64,000 nucleotides of DNA from Steroidobacteraceae bacterium (GCA_035606615.1 DATNFA010000119.1:800-64799); one strand, 5' to 3'. Numbered from the stretch's first letter, positions 1-10,721 are shown. Numbers and translations are program-made. The notes: generated by a model from the letters alone, not told the origin.

Positions 1-1
1 G

Positions 2-1960
2 CGCATCCGCTTTCTCGGTATCTCGTGCTCCAACCTCGACGAGTTCTTCGAGATTCGCGTCGCCGGCCTGAAGCAGCGCCTGGAGTTGGGATCGCTCGGC
101 GGCGGGCCCGATGGCATGAGCGTGCCCGAACAACTGGCAGCGATTCACAAGCGCGCGCTCGCCCTGGTCGAAGATCAGTATCAATTGCTCAATCAGCTGG
201 TCTTCCCGGCGCTCGGGGCACAGGGCATCCAATTCGTAAATGCCAAGACTGCGAGCGCGAAACAGCGCGACTGGCTCGCGGAATACTTCGCGAAGGAAGT
301 CGAGCCCGTACTGACGCCGCTCGGCCTGGATCCGGCACGGCCCTTCCCGCGCATCCAGAACAAGAGCCTGAATTTCATGGTGCGCCTCTCTGGCAAGGAT
401 GCATTCGGGCGCGATGCGGAGCTCGCCGTCGTGCAGGTCCCGCGCTCTCTGCCGCGCATCATCCGCCTGCCGCAGTCGAGCGCGTCCGAGCAGACGCACT
501 TCGTCTTTCTCTCGACAGTCATTTCGACATTCGTGGCACAGCTCTTCAGCGGCATGAAAGTCGAAGGGGCCTGGCAGTTCCGCGTGACGCGCAACAGCGA
601 CCTGTTCGTCGACGACGAAGAAGTCGACAACCTGCTGCGCGCAGTCGAAGGCGAGCTTGCGCAGCGCCGCTACGGTGCAGCCGTGCGCCTGGAAACATCG
701 CTGGACTGTCCGCAGGACATCGCTGATTTCCTCCTGCGTCATTTCGCGCTCGAGAAAGACGATCTGTACCAGGTCAACGGTCCGGTCAACCTGAACCGCC
801 TGATGGCGATCTACGATCTGGTCGAGCGACCCGACCTCAAATATCCGGCATTCACGCCGAGCGTGCCGAAGCGCCTGATCGTCAAAGAGGCCATCTTCGC
901 GGTCATGCGCGAGGGCGAGCTGCTCGTGCATCACCCGTTCGAATCGTTCGCGCCAGTGATTGATTTTCTGCGTCAGGCCGCGAGCGATCCCGACGTGCTC
1001 GCGATCAAACAGACGCTGTATCGTGCCGGTCCGCAGTCGCCAGTCGTCGACGCGCTGGTCGACGCGGCGCGTGCAGGCAAGGAAGTAACCGTCATCATCG
1101 AGTTGATGGCGCGCTTCGACGAGGCCGCAAACATCCGGCTCGCGACGCGTCTGCAGGAAGCGGGGGCGCACGTGATGTACGGCGTCGTCGGCTACAAAAC
1201 GCACGCGAAGCTCATCATGGTCGTGCGCCGGGAGAGCGGTAAGCTGCGTCGTTACTGTCATTGCGGCACAGGCAACTATCATCCGGACACAGCACGGTTC
1301 TACACGGACTACGGCCTGTTCACTTGCGACGATGCTGTAGGCGAAGACCTGCACGAGCTGTTCCTGCAGCTGACCAGTCCAACGCGCGTCGCGACGATGC
1401 AGAAGATTCTGCAGTCACCGTTCACGCTGCACGAGTCGCTGTTGGAGAAGACCAAGCGCGAGATCGCGTTGGCACAGCAAGGCAAGCCCGCCCGCATCAT
1501 CGCCAAGCTGAACGCGCTGGTCGAGCCGCAGATCATCCAGGCGCTGTATCACGCCGCGATGGCGGGCGTGAAGATCGACCTCATCGTGCGTAGCATCTGC
1601 GCGCTGCGCCCGGGCATTCGCGGCATCTCGGAGAACATCACGGTTCGCTCGATCGTCGGTCGCCTGCTCGAGCACTCGCGCGTCTACTACTTCCACAACG
1701 ACGGCAATCCCGAGATCTATTGCGCGAGCGCCGACTGGATGGAGCGCAACTTCTTCCGGCGCATCGAGGTCTGCTTTCCGATCGAGCGCAAGCAGCATCG
1801 CGATCGAATCATCGAAGACCTGCAGACATATCTAGCCGACAACACGCAGGCCTGGGCGCTCGGTCCCGACGGCAGCTACACGCGCGTGTCCGCCGACAAC
1901 GAGCCGTCAGTGAGTGCTCAGGAAACGCTGTTGCGCCGTTACGCGGACGCGTACGACTAG
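2..1960 (+). CDS. ppk1: Polyphosphate kinase 1 (5'-truncated by window edge)
   Basis: Frame is open from base 2 (RIRFLGISCSNLDEFFEIRVAGL). PPK1 motifs LVHHPFESF, IKQTLYR, KTHAK, SADWMERN. Confidence 0.97.
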   Translation, partial: RIRFLGISCSNLDEFFEIRVAGLKQRLELGSLGGGPDGMSVPEQLAAIHKRALALVEDQYQLLNQLVFPALGAQGIQFVNAKTASAKQRDWLAEYFAKEVEPVLTPLGLDPARPFPRIQNKSLNFMVRLSGKDAFGRDAELAVVQVPRSLPRIIRLPQSSASEQTHFVFLSTVISTFVAQLFSGMKVEGAWQFRVTRNSDLFVDDEEVDNLLRAVEGELAQRRYGAAVRLETSLDCPQDIADFLLRHFALEKDDLYQVNGPVNLNRLMAIYDLVERPDLKYPAFTPSVPKRLIVKEAIFAVMREGELLVHHPFESFAPVIDFLRQAASDPDVLAIKQTLYRAGPQSPVVDALVDAARAGKEVTVIIELMARFDEAANIRLATRLQEAGAHVMYGVVGYKTHAKLIMVVRRESGKLRRYCHCGTGNYHPDTARFYTDYGLFTCDDAVGEDLHELFLQLTSPTRVATMQKILQSPFTLHESLLEKTKREIALAQQGKPARIIAKLNALVEPQIIQALYHAAMAGVKIDLIVRSICALRPGIRGISENITVRSIVGRLLEHSRVYYFHNDGNPEIYCASADWMERNFFRRIEVCFPIERKQHRDRIIEDLQTYLADNTQAWALGPDGSYTRVSADNEPSVSAQETLLRRYADAYD

Positions 1961-3453
1961 CTGACGCGCAGCCGGAAGTTACCGGCCTTCAGATACTCGA
2001 TCTCGTTTTCCAGATCTGTCGCGGTCAAGGGATGCGCGTCGAGCCAGCCCTTCGGAAAGACGATCTCCAGCGAGCGGCCCTTCGCATGCAGCTCCAGCTT
2101 CGACAGCGCGGTGGCGCTGCGGCCGCGATGCAGCAGCACAGCCAGACGCAGCAGCACGATCAAGTACTCGGCCTTGAGGTGCCATGGCGGCGTCAGATCG
2201 TGCAGCGACTGCATGTGGACCTTGCGCCGATGTGAACCGACGACGGCCGCGAGGATCCGCTGCTCCTCCTGTGGGAATCCCGGCATGTCCGCATGCTCGA
2301 GCAGATACGCTCCATGCTTGTGATAGTGCGAGTGCGAGACGTCCAGACCGACCTCGTGCAGCCGCGCGGCCCACGACAGCACCAATTCGGCGAAGGGCTC
2401 GCCCAATTGCCATTCAGCGGTCGTTTGACGCAGGAAATCCAGCGCTGAAGCCTCGACTCGCTCTGCTTGCGCCGTGTCGACGTGATAACGCCCCTCCATC
2501 GCGCGCACGCTGCGAACGCGGGCATCCTCGTCGGTGAAGCGGCCGACCATGTCGTACAGCAGTCCCTCGCGCAACGCGCCGTCCGCGACGCGCATGCTCT
2601 TGATGTCGAACGCATCGAGGACTTCTACGAGGATCGCCAATCCGCCCGCGAACACGGGCAATCGTTCCTCGCTCAACCCAGGCAAGCGCAGCTTCGACAG
2701 ATCGCCCGCCTTGAGGGCGTGATCGATCAGCGACTCGACTGCGGCGGGCGTGATGGCGCCGTCGCCATTGTTACGCGCGCGGATCACGTCACCGACTGCA
2801 CGGATCGTTCCCGACGAGCCGACTGCCTGGTCCCAACCGAAATTGCGGAAACTCGCGCGCACCGGCTCGAGCTCGAGGCGCGCGGCGATCCGGGCCCGCT
2901 TGATGCGCTTGTCGGTGATGCCGCCATCGTTGAAGTAGCGCGCGCTCATACCCACGCACCCCATGTAGAGGCTTTCCAGTTTCTTGGCGTACTTCCCCTC
3001 GCCGATGATCACCTCGGTACTGCCGCCGCCGATGTCGACGACCAGCCTGCGGCCCGGCTCGCTTGGCATCGTGTGCGCAACGCCGAGGTAGATCAGACGC
3101 GCTTCCTCGATGCCGGAAATGATTTCGATCGGATGGCCCAGCGCGGAGCGCGCACGATCCAGGAATGCACCCTTGCGCCTCGCCCGACGCAGCGTATTCG
3201 TGCCGACGACGCGCACGCCCTCCGCCTTCATGTCGTGCAGGCGCTGACCGAATCGTTCGAGACATGCGAGCGCAGCCTCGATCGCCTCGCGCGTCAGCCG
3301 ACCCTGCTCGTCGAGGCCGGCGCCGAGCCGCACCATTTCGCGCAAGCGATCGAGGATGATGAGCTGCCCGTGCGAGTAACGGGCCACGACCATGTGGAAA
3401 CTGTTGGAGCCCAGATCGACCGCGGCGATGACGTCCGGGACTTTGCGGGCCAT
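1957..3453 (-). CDS. ppx: Exopolyphosphatase / Ppx-GppA family phosphatase
   Basis: AAVDLGSNSFHM, DIGGGSTE, GALREG and C-terminal HD-like ARLHEVG. Convergent with ppk1, 4-nt overlap. Confidence 0.95.
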   Translation of the reverse strand: MARKVPDVIAAVDLGSNSFHMVVARYSHGQLIILDRLREMVRLGAGLDEQGRLTREAIEAALACLERFGQRLHDMKAEGVRVVGTNTLRRARRKGAFLDRARSALGHPIEIISGIEEARLIYLGVAHTMPSEPGRRLVVDIGGGSTEVIIGEGKYAKKLESLYMGCVGMSARYFNDGGITDKRIKRARIAARLELEPVRASFRNFGWDQAVGSSGTIRAVGDVIRARNNGDGAITPAAVESLIDHALKAGDLSKLRLPGLSEERLPVFAGGLAILVEVLDAFDIKSMRVADGALREGLLYDMVGRFTDEDARVRSVRAMEGRYHVDTAQAERVEASALDFLRQTTAEWQLGEPFAELVLSWAARLHEVGLDVSHSHYHKHGAYLLEHADMPGFPQEEQRILAAVVGSHRRKVHMQSLHDLTPPWHLKAEYLIVLLRLAVLLHRGRSATALSKLELHAKGRSLEIVFPKGWLDAHPLTATDLENEIEYLKAGNFRLRVS

Positions 3454-3482
3454 GGGCGGAGCGGTGCGCTGCTAGCTCGCGC

Positions 3483-3842
3483 TCACATCGAAAACGACGA
3501 GCCGCAACCGCAGGTGGTCGCGGCGTTGGGATTGCGGATGACGAACTGTGCGCCCTCGATGTCCTCGCGGTAGTCAATCTCCGCGCCGGCGAGATACTGG
3601 ATGCTCATCGGATCGATCAGCAGCGTCACTCCACCGTTCTCCACGCGCGTATCCCCTTCTTCTGAGTTTTCGTCGAACGTGAACCCATACTGGAATCCGG
3701 AGCAGCCGCCGCCCTGCACGAACACTCGCAGCATCAGGTTGGGATTGGCCTCCTCGCGGATCAGCTCACCGACCTTGGCGGCGGCGGCATTGGTGAACAC
3801 CAGGGTGGGGGCAAGGCTCGGGATGGCGGCTTCGGGAGTCAT
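3483..3842 (-). CDS. erpA: Iron-sulfur cluster insertion protein (A-type carrier)
   Basis: [11 protein letters not shown] and CGCGSSF motifs, 119 aa. Confidence 0.93.
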   Translation of the reverse strand: MTPEAAIPSLAPTLVFTNAAAAKVGELIREEANPNLMLRVFVQGGGCSGFQYGFTFDENSEEGDTRVENGGVTLLIDPMSIQYLAGAEIDYREDIEGAQFVIRNPNAATTCGCGSSFSM

Positions 3843-3873
3843 GGCGGCAGCATGGGGATAGAACGGCCAGGGA

Positions 3874-4308
3874 TCAAGGGGCGCTGCGCTCGCCGGCCGC
3901 TTTCGCGTCAGTCACCGCCACTGCGGGCTCCTTGCGGGCCTGCCCGGCCTTGCCCGGCTCGTGAATCAGCTTGCCGTTGATCTCCGCACCCATCTCCATC
4001 TCGATCAGTGCGTAGTAGACATTGCCCGTCACTCGCGCCGTGGCGCCGAGCTCGACGCGATCGTGCGCGAGGATGTCGCCCTTCACGGTGCCATTGAGGA
4101 CGACGTTGGGCACCGCTACGGATCCCTCGACGACCCCGCTATCGCTGACACTGAGCGTAGCTCCAGAGTCAGCCGGCGCATCGACGTTGCCTTTGACGTG
4201 TCCGTCGACATGAAATCCGCCGGAGAACTGCACGTCGCCGATGATGCGCGTGCCCGCACCGATGAGCGTGTCGATGCGCTGGAGTTTGGGCTTACTGCTT
4301 TTGAACAT
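3874..4308 (-). CDS. Bactofilin (polymer-forming cytoskeletal protein)
   Basis: [29 protein letters not shown] ... GAEINGKL beta-helix repeats; usual neighbour of erpA. Confidence 0.92.
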   Translation of the reverse strand: MFKSSKPKLQRIDTLIGAGTRIIGDVQFSGGFHVDGHVKGNVDAPADSGATLSVSDSGVVEGSVAVPNVVLNGTVKGDILAHDRVELGATARVTGNVYYALIEMEMGAEINGKLIHEPGKAGQARKEPAVAVTDAKAAGERSAP

Positions 4309-5074
4309 CGGGTTGTCTTGGATCGGTGGCGGACGACGGCGGCGGCACGACCAGGCTCTCCGCCTGAACCTGCCAGGGATAGGATTCTCGCACAGGTGCG
4401 AGGCGAGTCGAGCGCACCTCGACGTTGACCGCTCGCGGCTCGAAGCCTTCCGGCAGGACGACGTCCTGCTCGAACTTCTGGAAGTAGCGGAATTTGAACG
4501 GCAGTTGCCCGTCGGCGCGAGCCGCGTCCGCCAGCTGCTGCAGACCGAGCTGCTCGGGCCGATTGGCGCGCACGCCCTCGATGTTGATGCTCACGGAGCC
4601 GGAGATGACAGCGTCCTCGCGCATCGACTGCTGCAGCACGAGCATCAGCCGGTAATGGCGCGGCGCGCCGCCGGACTGCACCTGAAAGCCTTGGACGCGC
4701 AGGCCACCGATACCGTCCTCAGGCGAGACGATGCCGCGGTAAAAGGTCAGCTCCTCGCGCTGCTTGAGCACTTGCGCCTGCAGGTCTTCGAGATTCTTTT
4801 CCACTACACCGTATGACTTGTTGTCGACGTTGCGCGCCAGCTCCGCTTTCGCGATGTCGCCGCGCAGCTTCTCGTTCTCCTGCTCCAGCGTCTCGATCTG
4901 CGCCGTCAGCTCACGCCGCCGCTGCACCTCGGCGAACTTGCTGTAGCCGCCTGCGAAGCGACCCCACTCGTAGATTGCGTACAGCAGCAGCAGGCCGCCG
5001 AGCAGGCCGACGATCGCAAGGCCGCGCCGCCGCCACGGAGACTGATACCGAACCACGAGCTGACCGGGGCGCAT
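4292..5074 (-). CDS. Membrane-anchored coiled-coil protein (DUF6776-like) upstream of bactofilin
   Basis: N-terminal TM helix, coiled coil, EELTFYRGIVSP and FKFRYFQ motifs. Family name recalled, not searched. Confidence 0.75.
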   Translation of the reverse strand: MRPGQLVVRYQSPWRRRGLAIVGLLGGLLLLYAIYEWGRFAGGYSKFAEVQRRRELTAQIETLEQENEKLRGDIAKAELARNVDNKSYGVVEKNLEDLQAQVLKQREELTFYRGIVSPEDGIGGLRVQGFQVQSGGAPRHYRLMLVLQQSMREDAVISGSVSINIEGVRANRPEQLGLQQLADAARADGQLPFKFRYFQKFEQDVVLPEGFEPRAVNVEVRSTRLAPVRESYPWQVQAESLVVPPPSSATDPRQPDVQKQ

Positions 5075-5190
5075 CGATCGATAAAACCGCTAGGAAGTCG
5101 TATACGGGCCGTGCGGAACTCGCTTAAATTACAGCACAGGCGCCGCAGGGCAATTGAGAGGCGCCGCAAGAATACCGCAAAGAGTCTCGC

Positions 5191-5604
5191 ATGCTGTGGC
5201 TGAAGGCCTTTCACATCGTGTTCGTGGTCACCTGGTTCGCCGGCATCTTCTACCTGCCCCGGTTGTTCATGTATCACGCTGCGGCTACGGACGCGCTCAG
5301 CATCGAGCGTTTTCAGACGATGGAGCGCCGTCTGTTCGGGATCATGACGATCGGGGCAACGCTGACGGTGCTCTTCGGCATTTCGCTGTTGATCGTGACA
5401 CCCGGCTTCCTGCGAGCCGGCTGGCTGCATGCCAAGCTCGCGCTGGTGCTGGTGCTGATCGGCTATCACGCGTGGTGCTATCGCCTGATGCGGGATTTGC
5501 GCGCCGGGCGCAAGCGCTCGTCGACTTGGTATCGCGTCTTCAACGAGGCGCCGACGCTGCTGCTGATCGCGATCGTGATTCTGGTGGTCGTGAAACCGTT
5601 CTGA
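5191..5604 (+). CDS. hemJ: Protoporphyrinogen IX oxidase HemJ (CopD/UPF0093 family)
   Basis: WLKAFHIVFVVTWFAGIFYLPRLFMYH, MERRL, WLHAKL, FNEAP. Confidence 0.88.
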   Translation: MLWLKAFHIVFVVTWFAGIFYLPRLFMYHAAATDALSIERFQTMERRLFGIMTIGATLTVLFGISLLIVTPGFLRAGWLHAKLALVLVLIGYHAWCYRLMRDLRAGRKRSSTWYRVFNEAPTLLLIAIVILVVVKPF

Positions 5605-5616
5605 CGACGGCTCGAT

Positions 5617-6192
5617 CTACTGTGGGCCGTCCGTCAGCCGTTTGCGTCTGCTGGCGATATTGCGCAGGTTCTTCTCCTGCTCGGACCATTCCGGCAGTTG
5701 CGGCGGATCGTCCGGAAACGCGCGGTGCGCCAGCTCGTCGAGCGCGCGCGCGTAGACGGCGCGCTTGAAGTAGATGACCTCGCGAACCGGCGTCCAGTAG
5801 TCGACCCAGCGCGAGCTCTCGAATTCCGGTTCCTTGGTCGCATCGAAGCGCACCCGGTCCTCGGAGGAAGTCAGTCGCAGCAGGAACCAGCGCTGCTTCT
5901 GCCCGATGCACGGCGGGTCGGTATTGCGACGGACGTATTGCCGAGGCAGGCGGTAACGAAGCCAGTTTCGCGTCGCCGCCAGCAGCTCGACGTCGGCGCG
6001 CTCCAGGCCGATCTCCTCCTGCAACTCCCGGTAGAGCGCCTCTTCGGGTGCCTCGTTCCGACGCACGCCGCCCTGCGGGAACTGCCAGCCGCGGCCGCCG
6101 GTCCGGCCGCCGAGCAGGACCTGCCGATCGTCGCGGATCAGCACGATGCCCACATTGGCGCGAAATCCTTCGGCGTCGATGAAATCTGTCAT
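5617..6192 (-). CDS. rppH: RNA pyrophosphohydrolase (Nudix)
   Basis: [17 protein letters not shown]...[14 protein letters not shown] Nudix box, GQKQRWF, YFKRAVY. Confidence 0.95.
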   Translation of the reverse strand: MTDFIDAEGFRANVGIVLIRDDRQVLLGGRTGGRGWQFPQGGVRRNEAPEEALYRELQEEIGLERADVELLAATRNWLRYRLPRQYVRRNTDPPCIGQKQRWFLLRLTSSEDRVRFDATKEPEFESSRWVDYWTPVREVIYFKRAVYARALDELAHRAFPDDPPQLPEWSEQEKNLRNIASRRKRLTDGPQ

Positions 6193-6285
6193 CAGGGCGG
6201 TCGATCAGTGGGCCGTCACGAGCGGATTGGCAACCGGATTGCCCGGGATTGTAACCTTCGAGACCATGAATCGGGATAAGCGTCC

Positions 6286-7263
6286 GTGCAAACCGCCAGG
6301 CGCGTGACCGCGGTCTGCACGGCGCTCGTGCTCCTCGCGCTCGCGGCATTCGTCGTATCGCTCATGAGCGGCAGCGTCGAGATGAGCCTCGCGGAACTGT
6401 GGCGCGGCTTGCGCTCGACCGATGCACTTTCTCACACACTGGTCTTCGAGCTGCGCCTGCCCCGCACGCTGACCGCCTTCGCAGCCGGCGGCGTACTGGC
6501 ACTGGCGGGCGTGTTGATGCAGGTCTTGCTCCGCAATCCGCTTGCCGATCCCTTCATCATGGGCGTTTCAGGAGGTGCCGCCGTCGCGGCGTTGTCGGCG
6601 ATGCTGCTCGGATTGAGCGGACTGCTCATCGACGTGAGCGCGACATTGGGAGCCCTCGGCACGACACTGCTGGTTTTTGCGCTCGCCCGCGGCGAAGGCG
6701 GCTGGACCGCGGCGCGGCTATTGCTGACCGGCGTAGTCGTGGCGGCCGGCGCGAGTGCCATCGTGAGCATGCTGCTCAGTCTCGGCGAGGAAACCAAGCT
6801 GCGCGGCATGTTGTTCTGGCTGATGGGCGACCTGTCGCTCAGCAGCCGTCCCGGTCCACTCCTCGCGGTCTTCGCGGCCGCGCTCGCTCTGGCTTTCCCG
6901 TTTGCACGTCATCTCAATCTGCTCGCGCGCAGCGAGCTGCAGGCACGCGTTCTTGGTGCGCCGGTCGAGACACTACGGATGGGCATGTTTCTCGTCAGCT
7001 CGATTCTGACTGCGGCCTGCGTGACCACTGCCGGCACGATCGGCTTCGTCGGCCTGGTGACGCCGCACCTGATTCGCAGAATGCTCGGCGCGGATCATCG
7101 CCTCGTTCTGCCGGGGTCGGCGTTGCTCGGCGGCACGCTGGTGATGATCGCCGACGTCTGTGCACGCACGCTGTTCGCGCCGCGACAGCTGGCGGTCGGA
7201 GCCCTGACAGCTATTGCGGGCGTGCCGCTGTTCTTGCTGTTGATGCGTCGTAAGCCGCACTGA
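6286..7263 (+). CDS. FecCD/BtuC-family ABC transporter permease (iron-chelate or cobalamin)
   Basis: LRLPRTL, RNPLADPFIMGVSGGA, GFVGLVTPHLIR. Start uncertain (GTG). Confidence 0.9.
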   Translation: MQTARRVTAVCTALVLLALAAFVVSLMSGSVEMSLAELWRGLRSTDALSHTLVFELRLPRTLTAFAAGGVLALAGVLMQVLLRNPLADPFIMGVSGGAAVAALSAMLLGLSGLLIDVSATLGALGTTLLVFALARGEGGWTAARLLLTGVVVAAGASAIVSMLLSLGEETKLRGMLFWLMGDLSLSSRPGPLLAVFAAALALAFPFARHLNLLARSELQARVLGAPVETLRMGMFLVSSILTAACVTTAGTIGFVGLVTPHLIRRMLGADHRLVLPGSALLGGTLVMIADVCARTLFAPRQLAVGALTAIAGVPLFLLLMRRKPH

Positions 7264-7276
7264 ACCGCCGCGGCAC

Positions 7277-8368
7277 TCAAGCAAGCTCGACGCGATTGCG
7301 ACCGTTCTGCTTCGCGCGGTACAGCGCCGAATCGGCATCGGCCAGCAAGCGCTCGGCGGCGGCTTTCAAATCCGCTTCATCGCGCGCGAGGACCGTGCCG
7401 GCGACGCCGATCGATACAGTCATCCCCAATTGCACGCCCGGCTGAAGCTCGAGCGGCGTTTCGCATACGGCCAGTCGGATGCGCTCGGCCAGTACCGCCG
7501 CTTGCTCCGGGGTGATGCCTGGCGCCAGCACGACGAACTCGTCGCCGCCAAATCGGGCAGCCGCGTCGCTGCCGCGAATGTGGGCGTCGACGCGTTGCGC
7601 AGCTTCGCGCAATGCCAGATCGCCGGCGAGGTGCCCATGCTGGTCGTTGATCTGCTTGAAGCGATCGAGATCGATCAGCAGGCAAGTGAGACTAGTGCCC
7701 TGTCGCTGCGCGCGCGCCAGCTCTTCCTTCAGGCGGGCATTGAGATAGCGGCGGTTGTGCCAGCCGGTGAGGAAATCCGTGAGGCCGCTGCGGACCAGTC
7801 GTGCACGGTTGATCGTGTTCTCGATCGAGAATGACGCGATGACGCCCAGGTGCGCGAGGAAATCGGTCGCGAGGTGTCGCGAGAAGCGGCGCTCGTCGAT
7901 GCTGCCGAAGTTCAGGCTGCCCTGCAGCCGATCTTGCCGGCGCAGCGGAATCAGCGCGACGCTGCGGATGCCGGCATTGCCCGGAAACAGCAGCTGATGG
8001 TCGCAGCCCATATATGGCCCGAGCCACGGCCGATGAAAGGAATTGAACTGCGGCGCGAGGCCGATGAGGCTGTCCGTGAACAGCACGTTCGGAAAGTCTT
8101 CGACGCGCAGATGATCGGCGATCAGCAGATGGCGGATCTCGTGCTGCGGGTCGAGCAGCAGCAGGGTCACCGATTCGAGCACGTACGACTCTTTGAGCCC
8201 GCCGCAGATGGCGTCGAACGTCTGCGCCAGATTCTCCGCCTTGAGCAGCTCCAGCTCGCGTTCCTGGCTGCGTTTGAGGAGCCGCTCGTTGTTGGTGGCT
8301 TCGTCGACCAGCGTCGCAATGCGCGCGCGCAGCTCGCGGATTTCGCCTTCCAGATCGCGCGCGGACAT
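7277..8368 (-). CDS. Diguanylate cyclase: N-terminal coiled coil + DUF484/GAF-like domain + GGDEF
   Basis: TDFLTGWHNRR, IDLDRFKQINDQHGH, RGSD I-site and RFGGDEF. Start placed at ATG 8368, which overlaps the upstream TGA. Confidence 0.9.
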   Translation of the reverse strand: MSARDLEGEIRELRARIATLVDEATNNERLLKRSQERELELLKAENLAQTFDAICGGLKESYVLESVTLLLLDPQHEIRHLLIADHLRVEDFPNVLFTDSLIGLAPQFNSFHRPWLGPYMGCDHQLLFPGNAGIRSVALIPLRRQDRLQGSLNFGSIDERRFSRHLATDFLAHLGVIASFSIENTINRARLVRSGLTDFLTGWHNRRYLNARLKEELARAQRQGTSLTCLLIDLDRFKQINDQHGHLAGDLALREAAQRVDAHIRGSDAAARFGGDEFVVLAPGITPEQAAVLAERIRLAVCETPLELQPGVQLGMTVSIGVAGTVLARDEADLKAAAERLLADADSALYRAKQNGRNRVELA

Positions 8369-9450
8369 CAGGCGCCCTCCGCGCGCGCGCGGCCGGCGAG
8401 GTACTCGCGACCCTTTTGCATCATCGCGGCGAACTGGCGGGCGTCGCCGGTCGTCACCGACTGCCATATCAGCTCTACGGCTGCGCGCAGCGCTTGCAGA
8501 GATTCGCGCCCATAGTCGTTGAGATGCTGGATCTCGAAATAGAGTTCCGGACTTTCGCCGGCCACTTTGGTCGCGACGTCGACTTGCGCGTCGTACGTCG
8601 TACTCGACAGTTGCGCGAGCCGCGGCGCCGCTTCACCGCTCCCTGCGAGCGCGGTGAAGAAGGCGATGTTCAGCGCGTGCGACAGTCCGAGCACGTAGGC
8701 AATCAACCGGTCGTGGTCGTCAAGCGTCATGACGACCTGCTCGGCCATCGTGGAGCCGAACAGCTCCCGCGCCTGCGTTACTGCCTGCGGACAACCGACG
8801 TCGATGAAAATCACGTGGCGACCCGACAGCAGCTCAGTATCCGGGCCAAACATCGGATGCACAGAGGTGACGTTGCATCCAGCGTTCTTGAGGGCGGTAA
8901 TTCCTGTACGCAGCGGTGTCTTCAGCGAGCCGATGTCGAAAATCGTGCCGCGCGGCCGCCGATCCGCCAGCTCGAGCAGGATGCCGTCGGCGATCTGCAG
9001 CGGCGTTGCGACTACGATGAGATCTTGATCTAGATTGCTGTCGTGCCAATCGGTGGCGACCGCCGGATCGGCTACGGTAACTGTGTAGCCCTGCGAAGTG
9101 AGGAAATCGCTGAACCAGCGGCCCATCTTGCCCGCGCCACCGATGACCAGTGCAGTGCGCCCGCTACCGCGCCCGCCGGCTGCGACGCGAATGCGTTCCT
9201 GAGCGGTCAACGAGCCGCGAATCAGCAGACGCAGCACAGATTCCGCGAGCGATGGCGAGATACCGAGCGACGTCGCAGCGGCTCGTGCCTGTAGCAGCAC
9301 GTCGCGCTCGCGCCGGAAGTCGCGCGTCGGACGGCCCTCGGCGCGCTTCACTTCGGCAACCTGGCGACTGAGCGCCTGTCGCTCGGCGATCAGTGTCAGC
9401 AGCTGCCGGTCGAGCGCGCTCAAACGTTCGCGTAGCTCATCCAGAGTCAT
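8368..9450 (-). CDS. tyrA: Bifunctional chorismate mutase / prephenate dehydrogenase
   Basis: [16 protein letters not shown] (CM type II), GGAGKMG Rossmann motif, DIGSLK, HPMFGP. Start trimmed to ATG 9450. Confidence 0.88.
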   Translation of the reverse strand: MTLDELRERLSALDRQLLTLIAERQALSRQVAEVKRAEGRPTRDFRRERDVLLQARAAATSLGISPSLAESVLRLLIRGSLTAQERIRVAAGGRGSGRTALVIGGAGKMGRWFSDFLTSQGYTVTVADPAVATDWHDSNLDQDLIVVATPLQIADGILLELADRRPRGTIFDIGSLKTPLRTGITALKNAGCNVTSVHPMFGPDTELLSGRHVIFIDVGCPQAVTQARELFGSTMAEQVVMTLDDHDRLIAYVLGLSHALNIAFFTALAGSGEAAPRLAQLSSTTYDAQVDVATKVAGESPELYFEIQHLNDYGRESLQALRAAVELIWQSVTTGDARQFAAMMQKGREYLAGRARAEGA

Positions 9451-9592
9451 GCGCGGTTGGGTCCCGGTTGTATGCAAAATTGGCCTGACGCTTTGTACTA
9501 AGGCTAAACGACCCCCGCAAGCGCGGATGGCCGCTTCGGCCCTCGGAACCGCGCTATCGGGATGATTACACTGGCATAATTGCGGGCGCCGA

Positions 9593-10276
9593 GTGCTGGA
9601 CGCTACTGCCGTGACCACCGACCCGATGTTGCCCGAGCCATTGCCTGTCGATCCGATGCCGCTGTTCCAGGAGTGGTTTCGCGACGCGTCCGCGCGCCGC
9701 GCGCAGCCCAATCCGGACTCGATGATCGTCGCGACCACCGCAACCAGCGGCGAGCCTTCCGCACGCGTGGTCCTGTGCAAGCGCGTCGACGTTGGTGGCG
9801 GCTATGTCGTCTTCTTCACGAACTACGAGTCGCGCAAGGGACGCGAGCTCGCGGCGCGACCGCGAGCTGCCGCAGTCTTCCATTGGGATGCGCTGCATCG
9901 GCAAGTGCGAATCGAAGGCCCGGTGGTGCGCTCGCCCGAGAGCGAGAGCGATCAATACTTCGCGAGTCGCGCACCGGACAGTCGCGTCGCGGCGTGGGCC
10001 AGCGCCCAAAGCGAGCCGCTCGCCTCTCGCGCGGTCCTCGAGCAACGCGTGCGTGAGTTCGGAGCACGTTTCGGCATCGCGCCGGGCGCTACGAGCGGCA
10101 CGGTGCCGCGGCCGCCGCATTGGGGCGGTCACCGTCTGTGGGTCGATAGGATCGAGTTATGGACGGAGGGTGCCCACCGCGTCCACGACCGCGCGGTGTG
10201 GACACGGTCGTTGCAACGAGCTGACGATCATTCCTTCGTGGGCGGCTCCTGGCGGAGCACGCGCCTCAATCCCTGA
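9593..10276 (+). CDS. pdxH: Pyridoxamine 5'-phosphate oxidase
   Basis: [42 protein letters not shown]. Confidence 0.93.
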   Translation: MLDATAVTTDPMLPEPLPVDPMPLFQEWFRDASARRAQPNPDSMIVATTATSGEPSARVVLCKRVDVGGGYVVFFTNYESRKGRELAARPRAAAVFHWDALHRQVRIEGPVVRSPESESDQYFASRAPDSRVAAWASAQSEPLASRAVLEQRVREFGARFGIAPGATSGTVPRPPHWGGHRLWVDRIELWTEGAHRVHDRAVWTRSLQRADDHSFVGGSWRSTRLNP

Positions 10277-10290
10277 TTACCTGATCGCGA

Positions 10291-10710
10291 CTACTTGATC
10301 ACTTTGAGCGTCGGCTTGCTGCGCTTGCCTTCGCCGGTCGTCGTCGGTGCGGGCTCGCTCGGTGGTGCCGGCGGCTGCGGCGGCGAGTCCGCCTCCGAGA
10401 AGATCATCCCCTGCCCCGTCTCGCGCGCGTAGATTCCGAGCACTGCGACGATCGGCACGCTGACGTCGTACGTTGCCGCGCCGAAGCGCGCGCGGAAGCG
10501 CACGACCTCGTTGCCGAGGCTGAGCATGCTGGTGGCGTTGCTGCTGACGTTGAGGATGATCTTGCCGCCTTGCACGTATTGCCGCGGCACTTCCACGCCT
10601 TCGATCGAAGCGTCGACGACGATGTGAGGCGTCTGGTTGCTGTCGCTGATCCACTCGTGCATGGCGCGCAGCAGATACGGCCGGCGTGATCTAACAGGTG
10701 TGTCCGCCAT
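10291..10710 (-). CDS. sspB: ClpXP protease specificity-enhancing factor
   Basis: RPYLLRAMHEWI, TPHIVVDA, ILNVS, C-terminal KPTLKVIK ClpX-binding tail. Start trimmed to ATG 10710. Confidence 0.93.
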   Translation of the reverse strand: MADTPVRSRRPYLLRAMHEWISDSNQTPHIVVDASIEGVEVPRQYVQGGKIILNVSSNATSMLSLGNEVVRFRARFGAATYDVSVPIVAVLGIYARETGQGMIFSEADSPPQPPAPPSEPAPTTTGEGKRSKPTLKVIK

Positions 10711-10721
10711 AGTCCCCTTGG

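Noticed and set aside
6193-6285. Possible cobalamin riboswitch ahead of the BtuC-like permease
   Set aside because: The gap is only 93 nt with one small hairpin (GGCAAC-CGG-ATTGCC, imperfect); no B12-box or GGGAA core is visible.
8369-9780. Long N-terminal extensions given by the ORF track (DGC, tyrA, sspB, pgk, adk, pfk, tolC, mpl, rpoN, kdsD)
   Set aside because: The extensions overlap neighbouring genes or promoters and are compositionally non-coding. Conserved N-terminal motifs and start/stop overlaps support the shorter starts.
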